Below, one piece after another: positions 28,113 through 37,582 of a DNA stretch of 55,559 nucleotides. This stretch comes from Chloroflexota bacterium (lineage in GTDB: Bacteria; Chloroflexota; Anaerolineae; J102), in assembly GCA_013152585.1 (NCBI GenBank), contig JAADGC010000197.1:1-55559 (forward strand), in the 5' to 3' direction. Made by a program: the position numbers and the translations under genes. The notes under the pieces are model-generated. The model was not told the origin of the DNA. It worked only from the letters and a program-made list of their open reading frames with translations, and did not search any database. Each line of letters begins with the position of its first letter. The first letter of the stretch is position 1.

Positions 28113-29387
28113 GTGCGCCGCCCTGCCTGGATCGCGATCCTACTTTGGTTTCTGAGCCTGCTTGCCGCTCTGAACACCGGCCGAGAGCTCCTTTACAACA
28201 CCTTCTACATGTTCACCGTTCTCCTGGTGGGTTCCTGGCTTTGGGCATGGTCCAATATCAACGGGATCAGCCTGGGGCGACTGACTCGGGGACGGCGCAG
28301 CCAGGTGGGCAAAATAGCCGAAGAGCAGTTCGAGGTGCGCAATTGCAGCCGCCTCCCCAAGCTCTGGCTGGAGATTCGCGATCACTCCACGCTGCCAGGA
28401 CACTACCCATCCCGCGTGGTGAGTTCATTGGGCGGGCACAAACGCCATTTGTGGATAAGCCGCACGTCCTGCTACCGTCGCGGCGAGTACCGGCTGGGCC
28501 CCATCACCTTGCGCAGCGGGGATCCCCTGGGCATCTTCGAACTCACCCGAGCCATCCCCCAAACCCGCACCATCATCATCTATCCCGCCACGGTTGACGT
28601 CCACCAATTTCAACTCCCCGCGGGCCAGATGCCCGGCGGTGAAGCCACGCGCCGTCGTACCCACTATCTCAGCACCCACGTCTCCACCATCCGCGACTAC
28701 GTTCCCGGCGACAGTTTCAATCGCATTCATTGGCGTTCCACCGCTCGCACGGGCCAGCTCATGGTCAAAGAATTCGAGCTGGACCCCACCAGTGATCTGT
28801 GGCTGATCCTCGATCTCGACGCCAGCACTCATCGCTCGCAGCCATGGACGGTCCCCAACGAAAGCGACCGCCCTGCGGTTCTTTGGCGCCAAGCCAGCCC
28901 TCGCCTCGAACTCATCCCTGCCACCATCGAATATGCGGTCACAGCCGCGGCATCCATCGCCCAACGCTACAGTGCCGAACAACGGGCAGTGGGGCTGATC
29001 ACCCACAGCCTGCACCGCACGATCATCCAATGTGATCGCGGCCAGCGCCAACTGAACAAGATTCTGGAACTGCTGGCCGTTTTGGAACCCACCCCCACCC
29101 TCGCCTTTGACCGCTTGCTCATGGCCGAAGGCCACATCCTCGACCGTTCCAGCACCATCATCGCCATCACTCCCTCCACCGATCCCACCTGGATTGCGGC
29201 CCTGCGTGAACTCAACCGTCGCGGCATCCAAAGCACCGTCATCCACATTGCTGCCGACAGCTTTGCTCCCGCACCCCAACATCAAAAAACCATCAACGAA
29301 CTCTGGGCCAGCAACATCCCCGTCTACAGCATCCGCCGCGGCGACGACATCAGCGCCGCCCTCTCCGCCTACGCCCGTCCCACCTGA
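28113..29387 (+). CDS. DUF58 domain protein (MoxR-associated, VWA-like)
   Basis: N-terminal TM helices; RRGEY.LGP....SGDPLG; IRDYVPGDSFNRIHWRSTARTGQLMVKEFE. Confidence 0.92.
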   Translation: MRRPAWIAILLWFLSLLAALNTGRELLYNTFYMFTVLLVGSWLWAWSNINGISLGRLTRGRRSQVGKIAEEQFEVRNCSRLPKLWLEIRDHSTLPGHYPSRVVSSLGGHKRHLWISRTSCYRRGEYRLGPITLRSGDPLGIFELTRAIPQTRTIIIYPATVDVHQFQLPAGQMPGGEATRRRTHYLSTHVSTIRDYVPGDSFNRIHWRSTARTGQLMVKEFELDPTSDLWLILDLDASTHRSQPWTVPNESDRPAVLWRQASPRLELIPATIEYAVTAAASIAQRYSAEQRAVGLITHSLHRTIIQCDRGQRQLNKILELLAVLEPTPTLAFDRLLMAEGHILDRSSTIIAITPSTDPTWIAALRELNRRGIQSTVIHIAADSFAPAPQHQKTINELWASNIPVYSIRRGDDISAALSAYARPT

Positions 29388-29409
29388 TCCACTCCCCCCC
29401 TTGCTACCT

Positions 29410-29943
29410 GTGTTATACATCCACCGCCCCACACTGCACGATCTCAACGAATGCGCCCGCCTCGATGCCAGTTATATCACCCAACGCGTATGGCAAATGA
29501 CCATGCAGGCCAATGCCATTGACATGCAAGTGAGCTTTCACCTGGTCAATTTGCCGCGGCAAATGGAAATTAACGCCACCCTCGCCGATGACAACCTCCT
29601 GCAGTTCTGGCAGCGGGGCGATTGCTTGCTCTCGGCTCGTAAAAACAACGACATCGTGGGCTACCTGCACATGATCCCTGACATAGCCATCAGCGCAGGA
29701 AGCATTTATCGCCATGTCGTGGCGCCTGACTACCGGCGGCAGGGCATCGGAACCAAGCTGCTCGATTATGCCCTGCGCTGGGGCCAGGAGCGTCATTTGC
29801 GCAGCTTGTTAGTGACATTGCACACCAAAAATCACCCGGCAATCGAATTCTATCGGGCCCAGGGATTCAGCTTTTGCGGATTTTCCGAACAAACTTACAA
29901 CAATCAACAAATCAAGCTTCACTTCACCCGTAGCACGCGCTGA
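29410..29943 (+). CDS. GNAT-family N-acetyltransferase
   Basis: VAPDYRRQGIGTKLL acetyl-CoA motif and NHPAIEFYRAQGF; start uncertain (TTG 29401 or GTG 29410). Confidence 0.85.
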   Translation: MLYIHRPTLHDLNECARLDASYITQRVWQMTMQANAIDMQVSFHLVNLPRQMEINATLADDNLLQFWQRGDCLLSARKNNDIVGYLHMIPDIAISAGSIYRHVVAPDYRRQGIGTKLLDYALRWGQERHLRSLLVTLHTKNHPAIEFYRAQGFSFCGFSEQTYNNQQIKLHFTRSTR

Positions 29944-29951
29944 GTGCACGG

Positions 29952-30014
29952 CCATCGATGACCTTTCGTTTTGCTCTCGCTGACTGAAGTCAGGCTCTTC
30001 AGGCCTGCGGCCAG
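29952..30014 (+). repeat. 63-bp intergenic direct repeat, copy 2
   Basis: 62/63 identical to 26543-26605; followed by the GAGTCGGC-N4-GCCGACTC hairpin that also follows copy 1. Confidence 0.9.
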
Positions 30015-30145
30015 AGGATGGCCTTTGCCGTCCCCTCTTCGCCACACGCAGAGTCGGCGCCGGCCGACTCCTGGCGCCAAGACCTCGCAAGGACTTCGCT
30101 GACGCCTGAGCACTTGTCCTTGATCACTCTCCTCCGAACCGACCC

Positions 30146-32050
30146 ATGCCCCTGCAAAACCCACCCCTCGAACAAGCCCTCAGTGCCTGGCTGCAAGCCT
30201 TAGAACACAGCGGTGCCCTGCGCCGCATGCCCGCCGAAACCATCCCCCTGGCCGAAGCCAATGGCCGTATCACCGCGGTCTCGGTTTGGGCACGCATATC
30301 GGTGCCGCAGCAGCATAGTGCGGCGATGGATGGTTACGCGCTGCGCGCTGCCGAGACTGCAACCGCATCGGCCGAGCAGCCAGTGCATTTGCGCATCGGC
30401 CGGCAGGCCATGCCTGTGACCACCGACGAGCCAATCCCGCAGGGCTACAACGCCCTTATCCCCCGCGAACACGCCCTTCTCAACGCAGACGCCACGGCAC
30501 TCCTCATTCAGGAACGCGTGCGGCGCTGGCAGCATATTCGCACCATCGGCGAAGACATCGTCAACACGCAGTTGATACTGCCGGCCAACCATCAACTGCG
30601 CCCGGCCGATCTCGGCGCCATTGCCCGCAGCGGGCATCGGCATGTGCGCGTCTACCGGCGTCCCCGCATCGCCATACTCCCGGCTGATTCTGCTCCCGAA
30701 ACGACAAACGGCAGCGTATCCCCCAGCGACACCGCCGAAACCAACGCGCTCGTTGTGGGCGCCATGGCCGAAAGCTGGGGCGCAGTCAGCAATCGTTTGT
30801 CTGTTGTCGGTGATGATATGAGCAGCCTCGAACAGGCATTTACCGCCGCCCTGCAGGATCACGATCTCGTGGTCATCAATGCTGGCTCCGCGGCTGCCAC
30901 AGCCGTGCTCATCGCCCAACGGGGCGAGGTCATTGTCGACGGCATTGCCCTGCGCCCCGGACACACGACCATCCTCGGTCATGCCCTGGGCAAACCCGTA
31001 CTGGGCATAACCCGTTACCCCGTCGGCGCCATGCTCACTTTTGATCGCCTGGTGCGACCTCTGATCCAAACCTGGTTGGGCCAGGATCAGGCCCATCGCC
31101 CGCATGTGCAGGCCACCCTGACGCATTCCCTCCCCACCCCTCCCGACTACGATGAGCTAATCCGCGTCACTTTGGGCCATGTGGGCCGGCGCATGGTGGC
31201 CACGCCTGTTACACGCGGTGCCGGCGCCACTATGTCGATGGTGCAGGCCGACGGCATCATCCACCTGCCGCGCGGGGCTCAGCCACTGCCGGCGGGGGAC
31301 ACCCTGGAGGTCGAGTTATTGCGTCCCGCCCACATCATCGAACAAAGCATCATCCACCTGGGCAGCCACGATCTTACCATCGATCTGCTGGCGGATCTCT
31401 TGCGCCGTAGCCAACCCAGCCGTTTTCTGCGTTCCAGCCACGTGGGCTCATTGGCTGGCCTGCTGGCCCTGGGCCGCGGCGAGGCACACATCGCCAGCGC
31501 CCATCTCCTGGACCCGGCAACCGGTATCTACAACCTCAGCACTCTGCGCCAACATCTGTCCCATATGCCAATCATTGTGTTGCATTTTGTCGAGCGCACA
31601 CAAGGGCTGATGGTGCTGCCTGGAAATCCCAAAGGCATCCGCACTCTGCACGATCTCATGCGGCCGGATGTCAGCTTTGTCAATCGTCAGGCCGGCTCGG
31701 GCACCCGCGTGCTCCTTGACTACCAGTTGCAACAGCAAGGCATCAGCGCCGACGCCATTCAGGGCTACGAACGTACTGAAGCCACCCATCTGGCCGTGGC
31801 CGCGGCGGTGAAAAGTAGCGCCGCCGATTGCGCCCTGGGCATCTTAGCGGCGGCACGCTCCTTGCATCTTGATTTCCTGCCCCTGTTCCAGGAAAGTTAT
31901 CAACTGATCATTCCCCAGGCCTTTTACCACAGCGAACTACTGGCGCCCTTGCTCGACATCATTCGTAGCCCGCGTTTTGCCCAAACCGTGGCGGCCCTGG
32001 GCGGCTATGATGTCTCCCGTATGGGCGAAGATGCCGCCACCCTGCCCTGA
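30146..32050 (+). CDS. moeA: Molybdopterin biosynthesis MoeA fused to periplasmic-binding (PBP/LysR substrate-binding) domain
   Basis: SAAMDGYA, IRTIGEDIV, RGAG...S...ADG; C-terminal GSHD, VGSLAGL.AL.RGEAH, NRQAGSGTR.LLD. Confidence 0.88.
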   Translation: MPLQNPPLEQALSAWLQALEHSGALRRMPAETIPLAEANGRITAVSVWARISVPQQHSAAMDGYALRAAETATASAEQPVHLRIGRQAMPVTTDEPIPQGYNALIPREHALLNADATALLIQERVRRWQHIRTIGEDIVNTQLILPANHQLRPADLGAIARSGHRHVRVYRRPRIAILPADSAPETTNGSVSPSDTAETNALVVGAMAESWGAVSNRLSVVGDDMSSLEQAFTAALQDHDLVVINAGSAAATAVLIAQRGEVIVDGIALRPGHTTILGHALGKPVLGITRYPVGAMLTFDRLVRPLIQTWLGQDQAHRPHVQATLTHSLPTPPDYDELIRVTLGHVGRRMVATPVTRGAGATMSMVQADGIIHLPRGAQPLPAGDTLEVELLRPAHIIEQSIIHLGSHDLTIDLLADLLRRSQPSRFLRSSHVGSLAGLLALGRGEAHIASAHLLDPATGIYNLSTLRQHLSHMPIIVLHFVERTQGLMVLPGNPKGIRTLHDLMRPDVSFVNRQAGSGTRVLLDYQLQQQGISADAIQGYERTEATHLAVAAAVKSSAADCALGILAAARSLHLDFLPLFQESYQLIIPQAFYHSELLAPLLDIIRSPRFAQTVAALGGYDVSRMGEDAATLP

Positions 32051-32076
32051 CGCCCCCCTACAAAGGATAAAGGTTC

Positions 32077-32388
32077 ATGTCACACCAATTTATACGCTGG
32101 CTATACGGCGATGATGTCAGCGAAGACGAATTACGTATGCAGTTGCGCGGAGAGGGCCTGCACCCCTACACGTGGGCCAATGGCCCCAACTTCAGCTATT
32201 CGCCCCACACACATTCCTACACCAAAGTGCTGTACGTGGTGCGGGGTTCGATCACATTCCACCTGCCCGAAAGCGGTGAAACACTTGTCATGGGTCCCGG
32301 AGATCGGCTGGAGCTGGGCCCGCGCACCCTGCACGCAGCCACGGCCGGCCCCGAGGGGGTATTCTGCCTGGAAGCAGCTAAACACTGA
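32077..32388 (+). CDS. Cupin domain protein
   Basis: PHTH....VLYVVRGSITF and GDRLEL....LHA cupin motifs. Confidence 0.85.
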   Translation: MSHQFIRWLYGDDVSEDELRMQLRGEGLHPYTWANGPNFSYSPHTHSYTKVLYVVRGSITFHLPESGETLVMGPGDRLELGPRTLHAATAGPEGVFCLEAAKH

Positions 32389-32421
32389 ACATCCGGCGCC
32401 CAGAGTCAGGCGCCGGATGTT
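32389..32421. terminator. Hairpin between convergent genes (probable bidirectional terminator)
   Basis: ACATCCGGCGCC-loop-GGCGCCGGATGT perfect stem between cupin and etfA. Confidence 0.6.
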
Positions 32422-32453
32422 CGAAAATGGCAGGGGTGAGAGGCTTGGGGGAA

Positions 32454-33422
32454 TCAGGCTTTGTGTAGCTTGCTTTGGGCGGCGCTGTTCATGGCGGGCA
32501 CGACTTCGAACAAGTCGCCGACAATGCCATAGTTGGCTACGCTGAAGATGGGAGCCTCGCTATCTTTGTTGATGACCACGATGAGCTTGCTGGCGCCCAT
32601 GCCGGCCAGATGCTGCACGGCCCCACTGATGCCGCAGGCAATGTACAGGTCGGGGCGCACGACTTTGCCGGTCTGGCCCACCTGATGCTTGTATTCGATG
32701 TAACCGGCATCGACGGCGGCGCGGGAGGCGCCCACGGCAGCTCTCAGGGTATCGGCCAGTTCACCGATGATCTTGAAGCCCAGTTCGGGGTCTTTGGCCA
32801 CACCGCGGCCCCCCGAAACAATGATGTTGGCGTCCGTGAGACTGATCTCGCCGGTTTGGGCATGTTCCACCGCGAGCACCTGCACCCTGCTTTCGGCGGC
32901 GGTGGGCGACATGGTGACGACTTCGGCGCTGGCGCCGGTATCGGCGGCGGCGGTGGCGGCGCGGGGACGGAGGGTGGCGATTTGGGGATGGCTGCTGGTT
33001 TTGGCATCGGCCAGGATGTTGCCGGAATAGATGGGCCGGGTGCCCACCAGTGTATCATCATCCAGCCGCAAATCAAGGCAGTCGGCGACAAAACCGGCAT
33101 TGAGATCGGCGCCCACTGCGGCCGCCAGATCGCGGCCATTGCCGGTGTGGATCGCCAGGAAAGCGTCGGCGTCGCTGGCAGCCAAAACGGCCTTGACATC
33201 GGCCGTGTAAAGGTCGAGATCAAATGTGGCCCGGCTGGCATCGTCTATGACGTAAACGGTGCGGGCGCCGCGGGCGCCTGCCTGGGCGCTAACATCGCCG
33301 ACGTTCTGACCAATAACCACTGCCGATACATCATCGCTCAGGGACAGGGCTTTGCCCAGGGCTTCCCAACTGCTGGTGTGTACAGCACCGTTATCTGTTT
33401 CGATAAAAACAAGGATTTTCAT
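32454..33422 (-). CDS. etfA: Electron transfer flavoprotein alpha subunit
   Basis: [48 protein letters not shown]. Confidence 0.95.
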   Translation of the reverse strand: MKILVFIETDNGAVHTSSWEALGKALSLSDDVSAVVIGQNVGDVSAQAGARGARTVYVIDDASRATFDLDLYTADVKAVLAASDADAFLAIHTGNGRDLAAAVGADLNAGFVADCLDLRLDDDTLVGTRPIYSGNILADAKTSSHPQIATLRPRAATAAADTGASAEVVTMSPTAAESRVQVLAVEHAQTGEISLTDANIIVSGGRGVAKDPELGFKIIGELADTLRAAVGASRAAVDAGYIEYKHQVGQTGKVVRPDLYIACGISGAVQHLAGMGASKLIVVINKDSEAPIFSVANYGIVGDLFEVVPAMNSAAQSKLHKA

Positions 33423-33432
33423 GGGGCTTCTC

Positions 33433-34185
33433 CTATAACACTTTTTCGGCAAGCAGGGCGTCGACGAGTTCTGCGGCAGTATCAAATAGTTGCACATGGG
33501 CGTCGCGGGCAGTCGGCTTGCGGTAGTTGTCCATGTCCACCAGCGCCGCCGCGGTTTCGGTGTCGAGATCGGCGGCTGTCCAGGTGGGGATCTGCACCCG
33601 GGCCGCTTTGCGGATGTTGATGAAGGTGGGATAGCGGGGTTCGCCGATCTCTTTGATCACAGATACGACTGCGGGGGCAGCGACTTGAACCGTATAGCGG
33701 GCCTGACCGGCGACGCGTTCGACGGTGATGCTTTCGTCACTGGCCTCGATAATTTTGGCAACGCCGGTGATTACGGGCCAACCGAGTTTGCGCGCCACGG
33801 CCACGGGCACGGATCCGCTGTTGCCATCCACGGTCATCTGGCCCGTGAGTAGGTAATTGACATCGCCCATTTTTGTCACGGCGGCAGCCAGCAGGCTGGC
33901 CACGCTGTTGGCGTCTGCGGCTTGTTCCTGCACCAAGGTGGCATCTTTACAGCCGATGGCCAGGGCGCTGCGCAGAGCATCGATGGATGATTCGCCGCCG
34001 ACGGTGATGGCACTGGTGACGCCGCCATAGTTTTCGGCCATCTGCAAACCCGTCTCAATGGCATGTTCGTCCCAGGGGTTGACGACGAGGTTAATGCTGA
34101 GTTGGCCACTAGCAGCTTCTTCGGGGTTCACCTTGGGTAATTCGGCTGTGTCAGGTGTCTGTTTGACACAAACTAAGTACCGCAT
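33433..34185 (-). CDS. etfB: Electron transfer flavoprotein beta subunit
   Basis: VCVKQTPD, NPWDEHAIE, G....DG..G.V, EPRYP. Confidence 0.94.
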   Translation of the reverse strand: MRYLVCVKQTPDTAELPKVNPEEAASGQLSINLVVNPWDEHAIETGLQMAENYGGVTSAITVGGESSIDALRSALAIGCKDATLVQEQAADANSVASLLAAAVTKMGDVNYLLTGQMTVDGNSGSVPVAVARKLGWPVITGVAKIIEASDESITVERVAGQARYTVQVAAPAVVSVIKEIGEPRYPTFINIRKAARVQIPTWTAADLDTETAAALVDMDNYRKPTARDAHVQLFDTAAELVDALLAEKVL

Positions 34186-34250
34186 ACTGATTTCTCCTTG
34201 AGCAAAATAGGTAATGGGGGGGTAGATGGCAATGAGTGCGGTGGTGGGGC

Positions 34251-34357
34251 TAGTACACGACGGCCTAAATACCAGGAGGGTTGTCGAGCGCCCGGCGCAT
34301 CCGGGATGCGCCGTTTTCGCCGCCTAACCCTACCGCTATTTCCGCCTGCGTGTACTA
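34251..34357. mobile_element. MITE-like element with TAGTACACG terminal inverted repeats
   Basis: TAGTACACG (34251) / CGTGTACTA (34349-34357); internal GGCGCATCCGGGATGCGCC hairpin; shares a block (reverse complement) with 46221-46256. Confidence 0.6.
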
Positions 34358-35560
34358 ATCTTCCTGCCAGAGTTGCGGATCGTAGGCGGGGAGTTCGCAG
34401 CGCAAGGGTTTATCACGGCGCAAGCCCAGCACATAGCTGGCTTGCATAAGTTGATGAATCTGGGTGGTGCCCTCGTAAATGACGGCGCCCTTGGCGTTGC
34501 GCAAGTAGCGCTCGACTTCGTATTCTTTGGAGAAGCCATAGGCGCCGTGAATCTGGACGGCATCGGAGGCGGCATCCCAGGCAGATTCGGTGGCGAACCA
34601 TTTGGCCTGTGAGGTCTCGCGCGTGTTACGGATGCCCTGGTTTTTGAGCCAGGCCGCGCGCTGCCACAGCATGGTGGAGATGTCGTAGTTGAGCGTCATC
34701 TTGGCGATCATCTGCTGCACTAGCTGGTAGGATGCGATTTTTTGACCAAATGTCTCGCGTTCCTGGGCGTAAGCGATGGCGAGTTCCATGACGGCGCGGA
34801 TGGTGCCGGAGGCGCCGGCGGCCACGGTCATGCGGGCGTTGTCGAGGGCGCTCATGGCGATCTTGAAGCCTTCGCCCTCTTCGCCAAGACGATTTTGCTG
34901 GGGCACGCGCACGTCGTTCATGGCAATCCAGCCAGTATTGCTGGCATGAACACCCATCTTTTCGGCGATGGTGCCGGTGCTGAGGCCGGTCATGCCGCGT
35001 TCGAGTATGAAGGCGCTGATGCCGCGGTGGCGTTGGTCGGGATCGGTCTTGGCAAAGACGAGCATGGTGTCGGCGACGTCGGCCAGGGTGATCCACATTT
35101 TTTCGCCGTTGAGGATGTAGTCGTCACCCTGGCGACGGGCGGTGCTTTTCATGGCGGCCACATCGGAACCCGCAGCCGATTCGGTGAGCCCAAAGCAGCC
35201 GACTTTGGCACCGCTGGCCAATGGTGCCAGGAATTGTTGTTTTTGCGCCTCGGTTCCCCACTGGAAGACGGCCAGGGCATTCAGGGCCAGGTGCACGGCG
35301 ATGGTTTCACGCACGGAGGCGTCGGCCCACTCGAGGGCCTCGGAGACGATGCCCAGGGAGATGTAGTCCATCCCGGCGCCGCCGTAACGCTCGGGGATGC
35401 AGATCCCCATGATCCCCAATTCAGCCATTCGTGATAGAAAGATGTGTGGGTATTTGTGCTCGCGGTCATAATCGCTGATGACAGGCCGGATTTCTTTTTT
35501 GGCGAAGCCCCGGACCATGTCGCGTACCATCTCGTGTTCTTTAGTGTAGGCAAAATCCAT
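34355..35560 (-). CDS. Acyl-CoA dehydrogenase
   Basis: [26 protein letters not shown]...[21 protein letters not shown]; start at ATG 35560. Confidence 0.94.
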   Translation of the reverse strand: MDFAYTKEHEMVRDMVRGFAKKEIRPVISDYDREHKYPHIFLSRMAELGIMGICIPERYGGAGMDYISLGIVSEALEWADASVRETIAVHLALNALAVFQWGTEAQKQQFLAPLASGAKVGCFGLTESAAGSDVAAMKSTARRQGDDYILNGEKMWITLADVADTMLVFAKTDPDQRHRGISAFILERGMTGLSTGTIAEKMGVHASNTGWIAMNDVRVPQQNRLGEEGEGFKIAMSALDNARMTVAAGASGTIRAVMELAIAYAQERETFGQKIASYQLVQQMIAKMTLNYDISTMLWQRAAWLKNQGIRNTRETSQAKWFATESAWDAASDAVQIHGAYGFSKEYEVERYLRNAKGAVIYEGTTQIHQLMQASYVLGLRRDKPLRCELPAYDPQLWQED

Positions 35561-35822
35561 ATAAACGCTCCCTTGCGTAGCAGGATGGGGGTTTTTGCTG
35601 AGTTGGCCCAATATGCCAACTATGACGCGTTGCATTATATCAGGCCCCAGGAAGGGAGTGCAAAAATGCGAGGTTGGGGAGTGCCTCTTTCGGCAGATAT
35701 TACATCGCCTTTTCAGCGACTTGACGAATTATTCGTTTTATGTTATTTAGTTATGTGATCTTAAATGATAGGCTGTCGAATACGCCTGTTTTCCCCTCTT
35801 GTTTGAAGGAAGGTTCCCCCGC

Positions 35823-36137
35823 ATGTCTCCCTCCATGTCGCCTTCATCTTTTTCTGAACTGGCAAATCAATACGTAGATGCCGTGCAGTCGTATGTGCAG
35901 TGCTCGGCAGAACCTCCTATGCAGCAGCGTGCCCGGGCGTTTAGCTGCCGTATTTTACGGCAGGGCCTGAGTGTGCTGGATCTGGCTTCGATGCATCAAA
36001 TTGCCTTGGTGGTTCTGATGAGCCGTGCCGAGACGCCTCAGGAGCAGGCCAGGATTGCCCGGGCCGCTTCGACGTTTTTCTTCCAGACGTTGGCACCTTT
36101 TGAAGTTGAGGCGCAAGCAGCACCGATGCTTGCGTAA
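35823..36137 (+). CDS. Small protein resembling a stand-alone RsbU N-terminal domain
   Basis: Y..AV..YV....E......A...S...L.QGLSVLDLASMH..AL.......A..FF...L..FE pattern; no phosphatase or kinase domain. Confidence 0.55.
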   Translation: MSPSMSPSSFSELANQYVDAVQSYVQCSAEPPMQQRARAFSCRILRQGLSVLDLASMHQIALVVLMSRAETPQEQARIARAASTFFFQTLAPFEVEAQAAPMLA

Positions 36138-36141
36138 TTAA

Positions 36142-36271
36142 CTGGCGTCTGGCGAAAATCAAACTCGCGGCTTACCGACGTATTTTTTGACCCGAATTAC
36201 CCGAATGAGATGAATTATTTGCCAAATTTTTCGTAAAAATTCGTGTCAAAAAGGAAAACGCCAAAGTCCAG
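36142..36271 (+). mobile_element. MITE-like element, family A, copy 2
   Basis: Starts CTGGCGTCTGGCGAAAAT (identical to 6845), ends GAAAACGCCAAAGTCCAG; internal TGACCCGAAT..ATTCGTGTCA palindrome; no clear target duplication. Confidence 0.65.
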
Positions 36272-36366
36272 TCGTTTTATTTGCCGTTGCGTATAAAATA
36301 ACAGACGCCGGACAAGCCTGATTTTGGCGTGGCCGGACGTCTGTGGTTGCTCGGTTTTCGTGCGGT

Positions 36367-37440
36367 TTAGATGATCTTGAGCTGCGGATCGGGGCGGAAG
36401 CTGAGCAGGCTGACCTGAGCGGCCAGTTGTTGGGCAATATCGCGGAAGGAACGGGCGATCTCGGAATCGGGAGCGGAGACGACGATGGGCGTGCCTTGAT
36501 CGCTGCCTTCACGTGCCCGGGGATCGAGAGGCAGTCGGCCCAGGAAGGGAACGCTCAATTCTTTGGCGGCGCGTTCGGCACCACCAAAACCGAAGATGTC
36601 GTAGCGATTGCCGGTGTCGGGGGCGATGAAGTAGGACATGTTTTCGACGATGCCGAGGATGGGCACCTGGAGTTGCTGGAAGGCGGTGAGGCCCCGACGG
36701 GCATCGGCGAGGGCAATATCCTGCGGGGTGGAGACGATGATGGCACCGGTGAGCGGGGTGGATTGCGCCAGACTGAGCTGGGCGTCGCCGGTGCCAGGGG
36801 GCAGATCGACGATCATGTAATCGATATCGGTCCAGGCGACGTCGGTAAAAAGCTGACGGATGGCGGAGTGCAGCATGGGGCCACGCCAGATGGCAGCCTG
36901 ATCGGGCTTGAGCATGAAACCCATGGACATGAATTGGAGTCCGTAGGCCTGGGCGGGGATGAGTTTTTGATTCTGGGGAGCAGGCATCTTGGCAACGCCG
37001 AGCATTTGGGGGATGTTGGGGCCGGTGATGTCGGCATCGAGGAGCCCGACTTTGGCGCCGGTCTGGGCCAGGGCGACAGCAAGATTGACGGACACGGTGC
37101 TTTTGCCCACGCCCCCTTTGCCACTGGCGACAGCGATGATGTTTTTGATGGGGAGTTGGAGCTGGCCCGTAATACGGTTGTCGCTGCGGATACTGGCATC
37201 GAAGCGCACGTGGATGTTTTGGACACCGGGAATGGGCGCCAGTGCATCGCGGATGTCTTGTTCCATTTTGCCTTTCAGGGGGCAGGCGGGCGTGGTGAGC
37301 ATGACCGTGAGGCTAACAGTCTCTCCATCGATTTGGAGGTCGTGAATCATGTTCAGTGTCACCAAATCTTTATGGAGTTCAGGCTCTTGCACGGTGCGTA
37401 AAGCAGCCATGACGGCTTCGGTATTGGGTTGGTTAGTCAT
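36367..37440 (-). CDS. mrp: Mrp/ApbC/NBP35 Fe-S cluster carrier ATPase with N-terminal DUF59-like domain
   Basis: [50 protein letters not shown]. Confidence 0.93.
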   Translation of the reverse strand: MTNQPNTEAVMAALRTVQEPELHKDLVTLNMIHDLQIDGETVSLTVMLTTPACPLKGKMEQDIRDALAPIPGVQNIHVRFDASIRSDNRITGQLQLPIKNIIAVASGKGGVGKSTVSVNLAVALAQTGAKVGLLDADITGPNIPQMLGVAKMPAPQNQKLIPAQAYGLQFMSMGFMLKPDQAAIWRGPMLHSAIRQLFTDVAWTDIDYMIVDLPPGTGDAQLSLAQSTPLTGAIIVSTPQDIALADARRGLTAFQQLQVPILGIVENMSYFIAPDTGNRYDIFGFGGAERAAKELSVPFLGRLPLDPRAREGSDQGTPIVVSAPDSEIARSFRDIAQQLAAQVSLLSFRPDPQLKII

Positions 37441-37582
37441 AGAGTTTTCCTTGATTTGTAACTTTTAATGAGCTGTCTGGCCACCGGACACTTTGAGATT
37501 TGTCTTTCTGAACGATTTCTCAGGGTGACACGAATACGAAACTGCCGGTTGCCTGGATGAGATGTCAAGATAGGGGCTTTCG

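Noticed and set aside
26543-30014. 63-bp repeats as a CRISPR array or integron attC sites
   Set aside because: Only two copies 3.4 kb apart, no spacer periodicity, no cas or integrase genes, and no clear RYYYAAC/GTTRRRY ends.
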